A stretch of DNA of 64,000 nucleotides, from positions 19,953 to 83,952 of IMG/VR virus record IMGVR_UViG_3300047310_000412; one strand, 5' to 3'. The notes beneath the pieces were generated by a model that was not told the origin of the DNA, made no database searches, and saw only the letters and a list, made by a program, of their open reading frames with translations. A program made the position numbers and the translations under genes. Of this stretch, positions 26,405 through 35,680 are shown piece by piece. The DNA is from a virus. Position 1 is the first letter of the stretch. Every line of letters starts with the position of its first letter.

Positions 26405-27675
26405 AAGCGATGAAGACCGCCAAGCCTAAGCCCGATCTGGCCTTTCTCGATAAGGTCCACGACTGGACGTTCCGCAAGCACGCTGTCAACGGTAAGCCGC
26501 TGTCGCGTGAAGTCCAGCACGTGCAAGCCCGGTTGCGCAGCAAGCTGCGCAACGCGCAACGCTTTATCGTGGATGACGCGGCGATCGAGCTTACCGCCGG
26601 CCTATCGCGCGAGTTCGACCGGCTTGAGACATGGTCCTTCCTCGCCCGCTTGCCCTACGACACCATGTGGCTGCAATTCGATCTGCACCACAAGATCGAG
26701 AGCCTGCGCAAGCTCGATGACCGGATGATCCCGGTCGATCCCGATATCGTGTCGCCGGTTGTCGGCTATCTCTTGTTCCGCGACAGCGATGGACCGTCGC
26801 CAGTTTGGATCGCCCACGAGTTCTACCAGTCCCCCAGCACGGGCGAGCCGTATGTCGGCATGCTCGCCTACGTCTTCGATCCCGAGGGCGACACCATGTG
26901 GCCGGTGCGCGGATCGAGGTACTGGCGCACGCCGACACTATCGCTACGCAAGGGCTTCCCGCGCATGCCGGTGGAAATCACCGGCCCACGCCACGATGAC
27001 AAGCCGATCACCATCAAGGCAGATGCCGCCCCCGAAATCGCGCTTTGCGGCATCTTCCAACCGTCTGAGGAAATCGAAGTCAAGGAAGCCGGTGACATCA
27101 CCGCCTTGACCGAGGCTGTTACCGCGCCTCCCTGGTTTGTCAACCGGGGAGCGGTGATTGTCGATCCCTGGTGGGACCACTATTACGCTGATCGCTGGAA
27201 GGACGATCCCGATCGCGTCCATCGTCTGTTGATGCACGAAATCAACGAATGCCGGGGCGTGATGAAGTTCATCATCGCACTGCTCGCGGCGATCAACGGT
27301 TTGCCACGCGATGTCCGCCCGATCCTGACCAAGCCCGGCAAGCGGCCGGTCGGGATGAACATGCTGCCCTATCTGGGGCACAGCCATCTGAAGATCGAAC
27401 TTCCCCGCGACAACCGCGTCGTCTGGGCACGGCAGACAATGGATCACACGGCCCACGCGCGCGGCCGGCGAGAGCATTATGTACTCGGTCATTGGCGCGT
27501 AGTCGAACGCGGCAAGCGCGTCAAGTTCATCTGCCGCCACATGCCGACGATGGTCGAGCATGGGCTGGGCATGTGCGAGAACTGCGAGATGCTGATCCGC
27601 TGGATCAAAGTTCACAAGCGAGGCGATCCCGAGCTAGGCATGGTCGAGCATGATTTATATGAAGTTACCGCGTAA
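26401..27675 (+). CDS. hypothetical phage protein, paralog of 30529-31527
   Basis: RFIVDD...LPYDTMWLQF; C-terminal RREHYVLGHWR...WIKVHKRG. Confidence 0.75.
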   Translation: MKAMKTAKPKPDLAFLDKVHDWTFRKHAVNGKPLSREVQHVQARLRSKLRNAQRFIVDDAAIELTAGLSREFDRLETWSFLARLPYDTMWLQFDLHHKIESLRKLDDRMIPVDPDIVSPVVGYLLFRDSDGPSPVWIAHEFYQSPSTGEPYVGMLAYVFDPEGDTMWPVRGSRYWRTPTLSLRKGFPRMPVEITGPRHDDKPITIKADAAPEIALCGIFQPSEEIEVKEAGDITALTEAVTAPPWFVNRGAVIVDPWWDHYYADRWKDDPDRVHRLLMHEINECRGVMKFIIALLAAINGLPRDVRPILTKPGKRPVGMNMLPYLGHSHLKIELPRDNRVVWARQTMDHTAHARGRREHYVLGHWRVVERGKRVKFICRHMPTMVEHGLGMCENCEMLIRWIKVHKRGDPELGMVEHDLYEVTA

Positions 27676-27681
27676 TTCCCA

Positions 27682-27752
27682 CTTGAAACATGAGGCAGAA
27701 TGCCATATATATAAAGCGGACACGGGAAATCGTTTCCGGTCCCAAGCGGGAT
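27682..27752 (+). promoter_or_regulatory. promoter + stem-loop cassette (copy 4)
   Basis: CTTGAA-N17-ATATAT; 27712-27745 matches 11571-11604 at 33 of 34 nt. Confidence 0.8.
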
Positions 27753-27759
27753 AAAAGCG

Positions 27760-28227
27760 ATGAGCGGACATTTGATGACGGTGCCAGCGACAATCCGGCA
27801 GTTCACGCTCGCCGGGCTTGCGACGCTGACCCTCAAATCCACGCGGACCGGCGCTCACTACACTTTCAAAGTGAAGCAAGCGCCGGCCGATGAGGCAACT
27901 GGTGAGGAGAAAGCCTTGTGGTTTGTCTCGGTGCTGGCCGACAGCGATCGGTACATGTACGTGGGCTGCATCGCTGGCGCTGCCGAGAATTTCAAGCTGA
28001 CCGGCGGCAGCAAATTCACCGAGGCCGCCGGTTGCACCAAGGCATGGCGGTATTTCTGGGCGGGCATCCAGACCGGCGTCGTCAAGCCGGAACTCGAGAT
28101 AAGACACGAAGGAAGATGCGGCCGGTGCGGCCGGGAACTGACCACACCCGAGAGCGTGGATACCGGGTTCGGTCCGGAATGCGCGGATCGGTTGGGAATA
28201 CCCTGGATGACGCGGGAGGATGCATGA
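27760..28227 (+). CDS. DUF6011-like zinc-finger protein
   Basis: HEGRCGRCGRELTTPESVDTGFGPECA. Confidence 0.75.
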   Translation: MSGHLMTVPATIRQFTLAGLATLTLKSTRTGAHYTFKVKQAPADEATGEEKALWFVSVLADSDRYMYVGCIAGAAENFKLTGGSKFTEAAGCTKAWRYFWAGIQTGVVKPELEIRHEGRCGRCGRELTTPESVDTGFGPECADRLGIPWMTREDA

Positions 28228-28499
28228 CAGTGGAACACACACCAGAACAACAGGACATCATTCGACGCATCGGCGACGTGAACAAGCGGATCGATGAAGT
28301 AGCTGCGGAACATCGCGCTCTACAAGCCGCAGAGGCGCGCAAGCTATCCGACGCCGCACACGCCTTGAACGATGTCGGACAAGCCTTAGTCGATATAACG
28401 CGCGCCTTGACCGATGCCATAAATCGATCCGAGGAAATGCACCGCCTGTGTCGGCAACACGGCGATCTGTTTCGTGAATACCTCGACACTCTGCTGTAG
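28224..28499 (+). CDS. coiled-coil hypothetical protein
   Basis: GGAGG RBS; ATGA-coupled. Confidence 0.6.
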   Translation: MTVEHTPEQQDIIRRIGDVNKRIDEVAAEHRALQAAEARKLSDAAHALNDVGQALVDITRALTDAINRSEEMHRLCRQHGDLFREYLDTLL

Positions 28500-28508
28500 G
28501 ACAATGTC

Positions 28509-29027
28509 ATGACCACATTAACCCTGGACCAGCTAGTCGATAGCGGCGTCGCCCACGCACGCCATATCCTCTTGAAAAAGCGCGCGAAGCAGCTAGAGGC
28601 GTTCTACACGCTGATCACCGAGGATAACGAGATGATCCTGCTGCCCTGCACGTTTCAGAACGATTTCGAGAAGGACGTGACGGTCGCGACAGTCAAGGCT
28701 ACGGCGCTGTTGACCCACGCGGTTATGGCACTTTATGTCAACGAAGGCTGGATGGTGAAACTGCCGCCGCCTCTCAGCCCGTGGCATGCCAAGCGGCAGA
28801 TGGAGAATTTGCCGAAACCGTCTGAAAGTCCCGATCGGATCGAGATTGTCCAGGCGCTGGCGACCGATGGTACTACTGTCAAATCGCGGTGCTTACAGAT
28901 GGTTCGCGACAAACCGGGTGGTAAACTAATCGCACTCGTCCCGATGGCACAACCCGACGAAGGCACCAAATATCAAGGCAGGATGATCGACGGGCTGCTC
29001 CCGCCGAGAAAGGAAGCGACATCATGA
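28509..29027 (+). CDS. hypothetical protein
   Basis: 172 aa. Confidence 0.65.
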   Translation: MTTLTLDQLVDSGVAHARHILLKKRAKQLEAFYTLITEDNEMILLPCTFQNDFEKDVTVATVKATALLTHAVMALYVNEGWMVKLPPPLSPWHAKRQMENLPKPSESPDRIEIVQALATDGTTVKSRCLQMVRDKPGGKLIALVPMAQPDEGTKYQGRMIDGLLPPRKEATS

Positions 29028-29632
29028 ACAAAGATTTGTCCCGGCTGAGCATGGCCGAGGAACTGTGGCTCTGGCGCATCCGCCAGCCCAGCATGCCGCG
29101 ACCGGGAAGTACCTTCCGGCGTAACGACATGACGCGCGGCGAGGCCGCGAAGTTTCTCGGCATGTCGCTGGAGCGCTACAAGAGCCTGGAAGCCGGCAAA
29201 CGCATCAACATGGCGATCGAGGAACTGCCGTCGCTGGCGTTCCTGCGCATGCCGCGTCCCGAGATGTCACTGCGCGAGCAGTTGATCCTGGCACGGCAAC
29301 GATCGGGTCTTTTCATCCGTCAGCTAGCCCTCGAATACGGCATGTCGCACACGCGATTGCTGACGCATGAGGACATGGGAGCGCGGCGGCTGATTGACTT
29401 CTGGTCAGCAAAGGGCTTCCACGGCTGGAACATGCCGGAAGAAGCCATTGTGCGGCCAGTGGAACCACCGGTTCGAACACCGCCACCCCCGCCGAGCCTG
29501 CCGATCCGTCGCGGCGTCCTCATGACGGAACCGGAACCGGCGGTTCGACCGCGACCGATGCTAATCCGGCGCGGGGCTGTAGTGCCGCCGCCGCCCCCCA
29601 CGCGGCCGGTGCTGCTGCGCCGCAGCGCCTAA
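29024..29632 (+). CDS. tandem XRE-like HTH protein with Pro/Arg-rich tail
   Basis: MTRGEAAKFLGMSLERYKSLEAG and LARQRSGLFIRQLALEYGMSHTRLLTHE. Confidence 0.6.
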   Translation: MNKDLSRLSMAEELWLWRIRQPSMPRPGSTFRRNDMTRGEAAKFLGMSLERYKSLEAGKRINMAIEELPSLAFLRMPRPEMSLREQLILARQRSGLFIRQLALEYGMSHTRLLTHEDMGARRLIDFWSAKGFHGWNMPEEAIVRPVEPPVRTPPPPPSLPIRRGVLMTEPEPAVRPRPMLIRRGAVVPPPPPTRPVLLRRSA

Positions 29633-29830
29633 GGGTATAGAGGATACGGCAGACCAAATCCCTTACTGGCGAGTTCCTGTCGTGCTGTTTCCCTGTCTCC
29701 CCCGCCGACGACAAGCTGGGCTGGGGGAGGCAAAACCCTTCACCAGTGGTGAACAGCACAACGCGTGCAGCCGTGCGGCCCCAAAGGACAGGATGCAGGG
29801 GCCACTTGGAATGGTTCAAAGGAGCGCTCA

Positions 29831-30370
29831 ATGGGCACAAAAGCAGAGCCATCAGTCTATGATTGCTGGGCAAAGGCCGAGGATGACGAGGAGATGTTCA
29901 TCCTCCTGGGCCGTGACCGGCACGCGGCAGCGCTGGTGCGGCTATGGGCCGAGATGCGCGAGCGCGAAGGCGAAGACCCGATGGTGGTCGAGGAGGCACG
30001 CGAATGCGCCGATCGGCTGGAAGAGCAAGCGCGGGCGCTGGGCAAGCCGGTGATGAACCTAGAGAGCCTCGTCATGTTCGCCACCACGCTGCGCCAGGAG
30101 AAGGAAGAGGCAGCGGCGACAGCGGCCGTGCCGGCCGCTCCCACCGGCACCTATGCGCTGGCGGAACAGGAGATTGTCATGGTGGGACATGGCGGTGCGG
30201 CGAAACTCGTCCGCATTTTCCCCCCTGACGCCGAAAACGACGCAGTACGCGGCAAGGCCAATGTCCTCTTCCCGCGTTCGAACGGCCCGGTGACGGTCGA
30301 TCTCATCCAACTACGCCGGGCGATGCCCGAGGAAGTCGAAGCGTATCGACTGGCCGGCGGACGCCTCTAA
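29831..30370 (+). CDS. hypothetical phage protein
   Basis: AAGGAG RBS; MGTK...DCWAKAEDDEEMFILLGRD. Confidence 0.7.
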   Translation: MGTKAEPSVYDCWAKAEDDEEMFILLGRDRHAAALVRLWAEMREREGEDPMVVEEARECADRLEEQARALGKPVMNLESLVMFATTLRQEKEEAAATAAVPAAPTGTYALAEQEIVMVGHGGAAKLVRIFPPDAENDAVRGKANVLFPRSNGPVTVDLIQLRRAMPEEVEAYRLAGGRL

Positions 30371-30529
30371 TGCTGTCGCGGGGAAGGTCGCTGGTTAGCA
30401 CAGATAAACCGCTGCTATGTCGGCCTCTTCGACACTGCCGAGGAAGCTGCACGGGCCTATGACCAAGCGGTAATCGCAGTCCACGGCGAATTTGCTTACT
30501 TGAACTTTGGGAGGCCAAAATCTTTTTAA
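30370..30529 (+). pseudogene. stand-alone AP2-domain gene with a 1-nt frameshift
   Basis: [41 protein letters not shown]; removing one G from the run at 30380-30383 restores ATG(30370)..TAA(30529). Confidence 0.75.
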
Positions 30530-31527
30530 TGGATACCATAGCCAACGCGGCGATGATGGTCAGGACCGCGCGTCTGCCGAATGATCCGCTGCTCAAAATC
30601 TTCCCCGCGATCGATCAGAAGCTGCGCGGCACGCCGCGCTTCCTGCTCGATGAGAACGCGATCCACACCGCTGTCGAATTAACTCTCGGACGCCCCAAAG
30701 TGCTCTTGGAGGCGATGCGACATCTGCGCATCCCCTACCGGCGGCTTTGGGTCGAATGGCCGGAAAGCGGCCGGGCGAAGCTGCGCGAGGAATTTGGCGA
30801 CCAAGGCTATATCGGCCCGGACCGGCCGCTCCCCGAGCGGCTGGGCTTCCTGCTCGAATGCGACGAGAGCGGGCGTAAGGGTCAGGTCACCTGGATTTGG
30901 ACATCACCCGAACACGAGGAGCTAGGCGGCAGCTTCCCCAATGTCGGCGCAATCTCGCCTTATTTCGATCTGGACAGTCAGACCGCGCAGCCCTCGATCC
31001 GGATCGAGGGCTTCCTGCGCGGCAATCTCTGCCGTCTGTGGAAAGATAACCCAATACAGACCGAGGCGCTTTTCGACATCTGGCGCACCGCCGAGCACCG
31101 CCCCAGCGACTGGGGCTACGAATACATCACGACGATCGCCGGCCAGGGAGCCAGTGTCGAGCACGCGATTGCCAATATGTGGGCGGACGTATACGGCGAG
31201 TACATCATCATCTGGGCGGTCATGCTGCTGCTCACGTCGAGCCGCAAGACGGTGGACTACCGGCCGGTGGACCGGTCGCGGATTAACAAGCTGCGCCAAA
31301 AGCGCAAGCAGTTCCCGCTCTTCGACCACACCGAAGTTATCATGCATCTCGGCCAGCACAGCCTCCAGGGGCAGCGTCGCCAGCCACTGAACTTCAAGCG
31401 TAAGCCTCCGCGCATCCACGTAGTGTCGAGCTTCCTCAACCGTCGCGGCGACAAGCACTGGGTCGTCGCGCCATTCATGCGCGGATCGGGCGATACGATC
31501 CACCGACAAATCAAAGTTCGAGCTTGA
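30529..31527 (+). CDS. hypothetical phage protein, paralog of 26401-27675
   Basis: RFLLDE...IPYRRLWVEW; C-terminal PRIHVVSSF...FMRG. Confidence 0.75.
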   Translation: MDTIANAAMMVRTARLPNDPLLKIFPAIDQKLRGTPRFLLDENAIHTAVELTLGRPKVLLEAMRHLRIPYRRLWVEWPESGRAKLREEFGDQGYIGPDRPLPERLGFLLECDESGRKGQVTWIWTSPEHEELGGSFPNVGAISPYFDLDSQTAQPSIRIEGFLRGNLCRLWKDNPIQTEALFDIWRTAEHRPSDWGYEYITTIAGQGASVEHAIANMWADVYGEYIIIWAVMLLLTSSRKTVDYRPVDRSRINKLRQKRKQFPLFDHTEVIMHLGQHSLQGQRRQPLNFKRKPPRIHVVSSFLNRRGDKHWVVAPFMRGSGDTIHRQIKVRA

Positions 31528-31551
31528 ACTTTGGGGCAGTATCCTCTATAT
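31523..31551 (+). promoter_or_regulatory. sigma70-type promoter
   Basis: CTTGAA-N17-CTATAT. Confidence 0.7.
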
Positions 31552-31586
31552 GGCACGGCACGATCAAACGGGGAAAGGAAACAACC

Positions 31587-31793
31587 GTGTCACTCGTTGA
31601 TGTTGCTCGCCGGATAAGAACACCAAACCTACTGATGGACATAAAACTTGTCGCTGACAAGCTGGACATCATGCTTGAAGATGACGCTGACGACCTCCGC
31701 AACCATATCTCGCAAGCAGACCAATCAAAAATACGTGCAGCCCTGGCTGAACTGTCGGCCCGGATCGACGCGGTAACAGCCCAAATGCCATGA
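31587..31793 (+). CDS. hypothetical protein
   Basis: AAGGA RBS before GTG, downstream of the promoter. Confidence 0.5.
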   Translation: MSLVDVARRIRTPNLLMDIKLVADKLDIMLEDDADDLRNHISQADQSKIRAALAELSARIDAVTAQMP

Positions 31794-31804
31794 GGGGGGG
31801 CAAA

Positions 31805-32098
31805 ATGGCAGAACTCAGTGGTAGCGAAATCCGTCTCAGCAGCGGCGTGGTAGCCATCATGGCTGAAGGCGGAACGGTAACCGTGGTCGAGGCATCGGCA
31901 GAGGCCGAGACCAAATTCTATTTCAGGATGACGGTTACCCATAAGAACGATATCGGCAAGGCTCGCCCCTTGGGGATCAAGCCAACCCAGGCATGCTCTG
32001 CCGATTACGACATCCTCATCGCTTTTCTAAAGCAGCTTGAAAATTGCGACTACGTCATGACCAATCTTGAGCGCGTTTCCGGCAGCATGCCGGCGTAA
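31805..32098 (+). CDS. hypothetical protein
   Basis: GAGGGG RBS. Confidence 0.55.
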   Translation: MAELSGSEIRLSSGVVAIMAEGGTVTVVEASAEAETKFYFRMTVTHKNDIGKARPLGIKPTQACSADYDILIAFLKQLENCDYVMTNLERVSGSMPA

Positions 32099-32501
32099 AG
32101 GCATAGCCGAGGCCGTGCTAGTGCGGCGCGAGGCTAGGGGGCCGATCGGGGGAGGGGAACCATAGGACATGCGCGATGTCCTCCCCGTCGAAACCGGTCG
32201 GCTCCCGGCGCTTTCAATCCAAAAATGCAAAAGCGGACAAGCGGACAGATTTTGGCCGCTTTTGCAGCTTTTTTTGCGGCCATTTCGGCATATTATCCAT
32301 AATTCTCAATGCTCTAACATAATTGGCCGGCGGCAACTAATTGTGGCCCCGTTTAACGTAATTATGGCCAACTGAGCAATTTCAAGCGGTTACGGCTCGC
32401 CGAAGTCGCGATGCTTGCATCGTTACCGGCGATGACAAACCGTGACACATCGCGACACATGAGGCCGCCGGCCAAAAAGCCTCTAGGAAGCCCGTAGACG
32501 C

Positions 32502-32543
32502 AAAAAGGGGGCCGCAAGCTGGTAATCACCAGCCGGCCCCCTT
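32502..32543. terminator. bidirectional terminator at the strand convergence
   Basis: AAAAGGGGGCCG...CGGCCCCCTTT. Confidence 0.7.
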
Positions 32544-32578
32544 TCGCTTACCAGCAGCCTGCCTGCGCGGGCGCTGGC

Positions 32579-32887
32579 CTATTTCGGCGGTGCCGGATCG
32601 GGCGGGACGACAGCCGCGCCCGAATGATGCGGCGTCACGTGGCGGTGATAGGACGCCGGATGCTTCGAATAGGAATGATACGAGTGATAGTAGTGGTGGT
32701 GGATCACGTAGTAGTGGTGCCAGCGCCCATGATGATGCTCGCGATACGGCGGCGGGTTCGGGACGGGCGTGTCCTCGATTACCGTTGGCGCGGGCGGGAT
32801 GGCCGCAATGGGTACAGGTGCGGGAGGCGGCGGTTCCGCACAGGCCGCCAATGCGGCGCAGGCAGCAAGCAAGAGAACGCGGCGCAT
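32579..32887 (-). CDS. Pro/His-rich lipoprotein
   Basis: MRRVLLLAACAALAAC lipobox; AGGAGG RBS. Confidence 0.7.
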   Translation of the reverse strand: MRRVLLLAACAALAACAEPPPPAPVPIAAIPPAPTVIEDTPVPNPPPYREHHHGRWHHYYVIHHHYYHSYHSYSKHPASYHRHVTPHHSGAAVVPPDPAPPK

Positions 32888-32897
32888 GGCGGCCTCC

Positions 32898-33503
32898 TTA
32901 GGCAGGACGGGAGTTCAGCACGGGTCTTGTCGGTGCCGCCGACGCCGCTGCGGGTTCCTGGCCCGGTGGTGTCATCGGAGGAGGATGCGGCGCGTATTCC
33001 GGAACCGGCGGATACAGTTCCATCGGCGGCACGTCGCTATCCGGCAGCACATGACTTGGCGGCAACGGCGGCGGTACGAAAGGCGGCATGGTAGGCATCG
33101 GCGGCCGGGCCGGCGGCATGGTAATCGGCGGCGGTGTGTATGTCGGGATCGGTGTACCCATTTCCGCTGACGCCCGCGCTGACGGCGGCGGCAGCGGCGG
33201 ATGGGCCGATCCGGTGTAGGTGTAGCCCCAAGCCTCGAGTTCAGCGATCAGCAAAGCCTGCTGGCCTTCGAGCGCGGTAATGATATTGGCAAGCGCGGTA
33301 GGATCGCTGATCGCCGGATACAATTCGACGCGGGTCGCTACCGGCAATGTCCCTTCGGACTGATCGGCGGGCGGCACCGGGGGCGCACTGACACCGATCG
33401 CAAAGACCGTCGAACCGGCTTTGAGCGACGCAATCGCCCGCTCGATATCAGCAAGCTGTCGCTGCGTGTCGGCTGCATCGGGTATCTCATTGATATCGGG
33501 CAT
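32898..33503 (-). CDS. fibre-associated protein with Pro-rich tail; same family as 39758 and 40036
   Basis: Coupled to the fibre gene; shared N-terminal D..IP...A...L..G.T pattern. Confidence 0.65.
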   Translation of the reverse strand: MPDINEIPDAADTQRQLADIERAIASLKAGSTVFAIGVSAPPVPPADQSEGTLPVATRVELYPAISDPTALANIITALEGQQALLIAELEAWGYTYTGSAHPPLPPPSARASAEMGTPIPTYTPPPITMPPARPPMPTMPPFVPPPLPPSHVLPDSDVPPMELYPPVPEYAPHPPPMTPPGQEPAAASAAPTRPVLNSRPA

Positions 33504-35671
33504 TATGCTCTCCCTTCTAGGGCTTCAACTTTTGCCGCCAGTTCTCTCACCGCATTGACCAAGGCATACAGCACGGGCGTTGCCTCGATCCCCTTAAATC
33601 CTTCGGGCGCACCTTCATGCGTGCGAATAAGTTCCGGCATCAGTTCCTCGACTTCATCCGCAACCAGCCCGATCTGAGTTTTTCCATCATCGACGGTTGG
33701 CGACACACCGTTGTACTGAAAGCGGCGCGGCTTCAGCTTGCGGATCACGTCAAGACCGGGTCGGTAGTCCTCGATATTTTTCTTGAGCCGCCGTTCCGAA
33801 TAATTGACCCACATTTGGCCGTTCTGCTTATAGCCTTCACCGGCATTGGCGATTTGGAATAAACCGGGAGCGGTAAAACTAACGTCGAATAGACTGCCGG
33901 TGCCTACCGCACCAGTCATCCACGACACGAAATACCCGCCGGCCATATAAAAACCTTCTAGCCCCTGCCCTATCCGCGTGGCCATGGGTCTCGGAGTGTA
34001 AGATTGCTTACCGACATAGTAGATAATTCCATCCAGCAGGCTCATTTCGGCATTCGGTCCGCCGATCCAGGTATAGCCGGCCACAGAGCAAGCACCGGAA
34101 ATGTAAGCATTGGCTCCCACTGTGATATAACCAGTGTAGGTCGAGCCGCCAATCCAGCAGCCACCGTTGTCTTGAATGTAGTTGGTGATGACCGCGCTGT
34201 TAGTGACCACATTGCCATTGCAACTGAGCGTGCCTGCCGCATAAATACTTCCTGCACTGTTTATATAATTATCGGCCTGGATAGCCCCACCCGTGCGGAA
34301 ATTACCGCCAAAATACAGCCAGCCATTACCAAGATCATAGATACCGGGCTGACCACCGATCAAAAGCTGTCCGCTTACACGAATATTGCTACTGGCCTGA
34401 ACTTCACCCGCTGACCAGATATTGCCGCTGGAAACACTGAGGCCGTTGTAAATATTGGCACTGCCGTAAACGGTCAGCCCGCCGCTAACCGACATGTTGC
34501 TTTGGGCGCTGACTGGACCAAAGAAAAAGGCACCGCCGTTCATATCGATTTCAAAACGGATCGCACCGCCGGTCTCGTCGGCAATGGAAAAGAGACCGCT
34601 GTTCAGACAGCCGACAGACCAGTCGCGCGTGCCGCCGCTGACATAACGCGTGCGGGCATAAAAGCCGTGATCGGCGTAAACTTGCCATGGGTCATTGCCG
34701 CCGGGGATATAGGCCCGGCCGCCGCCATTGAGATAGCCAATGGCATTGGAGATAAACTGCCCGAGCACATTGAAGTTGTTGTGAGCGTAAATCCAGCCTG
34801 CCGTGTAGATATGCGTGTCGGTGACCGTACCCCCACCAAGCTGCAAGATATTGCCTGAAGCGGAAAGCCCCAGCACGGCCCGCGCTTGACCGCCATTGTC
34901 ACGGCAGTAGAAGAAGTTATTATTGCCGGTGACGACATTGCCGCTGGACCACACCGAGTTGCCGCCGACATCGGCAAAGACCGTCGCATTGCCGCCGATA
35001 TGAACCGCGTTGTCGGAAAGGAAGCCGACGATCGGCCGCGCACTGCCGCCTGTGTCCCGCCCCGAATAATAGATATTATTGCCGATCAGCGGTGTGCCGT
35101 TGAAGATCACATAGGGTGCGGTGCCGTCGTTGATGTAGACGTTGTTGTCGCTGCCCTTGAGGATGAGACCGCGCGCCGTGCCTCCCGTGTCCTTACCGTA
35201 ATACCACGTGCTGTTGGACAGCACCGTCGAGATGCCCGGCTGGAAATAGATGGTGCCCACCATCGTACCGCCCGCGAGAGGTAGGTACGCGCCCAAGTTC
35301 GGGCCGGCGGGGATCAGCGCCTCGACAAAGGCCGAAAGCGCGTTCTGAAATTCGGTGATCCAGTTGATCTGGCTCCCATCATCGGGGATGTAGATATTGC
35401 TCTGGTTGCTGATCCACTGGCAGAGGCTCGACGCGACAAACGTCCCCTGCCGCAAAGCACGGTTGTTAAAGCCCGAAACCGCCAGTCCCGGCAGATTGCC
35501 GGTGCCTAAGAGCGGGTCGGTAAAGTAAGCCGGCAAGGCTTCCAGATTGGCTCCTACCCCCAATGCGACCGATTTGAAGTCGGTGCCGGGACCGGCCAGC
35601 GGATTGACGCCGGGACCGGCTAGCCGATTTACGTCGTGACCATTGCCCGCGCCGTTCGAGATATCAGCCAT
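33503..35671 (-). CDS. tail fibre with C-terminal peptidase S74 intramolecular chaperone
   Basis: Baseplate-attachment-like N-terminus (NRALRQGTFVASSL); YLPLAGGT; YSERRLKKNI...GLVADEVEELMPE; terminal coiled coil. Confidence 0.85.
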   Translation of the reverse strand: MADISNGAGNGHDVNRLAGPGVNPLAGPGTDFKSVALGVGANLEALPAYFTDPLLGTGNLPGLAVSGFNNRALRQGTFVASSLCQWISNQSNIYIPDDGSQINWITEFQNALSAFVEALIPAGPNLGAYLPLAGGTMVGTIYFQPGISTVLSNSTWYYGKDTGGTARGLILKGSDNNVYINDGTAPYVIFNGTPLIGNNIYYSGRDTGGSARPIVGFLSDNAVHIGGNATVFADVGGNSVWSSGNVVTGNNNFFYCRDNGGQARAVLGLSASGNILQLGGGTVTDTHIYTAGWIYAHNNFNVLGQFISNAIGYLNGGGRAYIPGGNDPWQVYADHGFYARTRYVSGGTRDWSVGCLNSGLFSIADETGGAIRFEIDMNGGAFFFGPVSAQSNMSVSGGLTVYGSANIYNGLSVSSGNIWSAGEVQASSNIRVSGQLLIGGQPGIYDLGNGWLYFGGNFRTGGAIQADNYINSAGSIYAAGTLSCNGNVVTNSAVITNYIQDNGGCWIGGSTYTGYITVGANAYISGACSVAGYTWIGGPNAEMSLLDGIIYYVGKQSYTPRPMATRIGQGLEGFYMAGGYFVSWMTGAVGTGSLFDVSFTAPGLFQIANAGEGYKQNGQMWVNYSERRLKKNIEDYRPGLDVIRKLKPRRFQYNGVSPTVDDGKTQIGLVADEVEELMPELIRTHEGAPEGFKGIEATPVLYALVNAVRELAAKVEALEGRA

Positions 35672-35680
35672 CGGTATCCC

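Noticed and set aside
7605-27752. Repeated cassettes as CRISPR repeats or a mini-array
   Set aside because: Dispersed kilobases apart, each tied to a promoter and RBS; no spacer periodicity and no cas genes.
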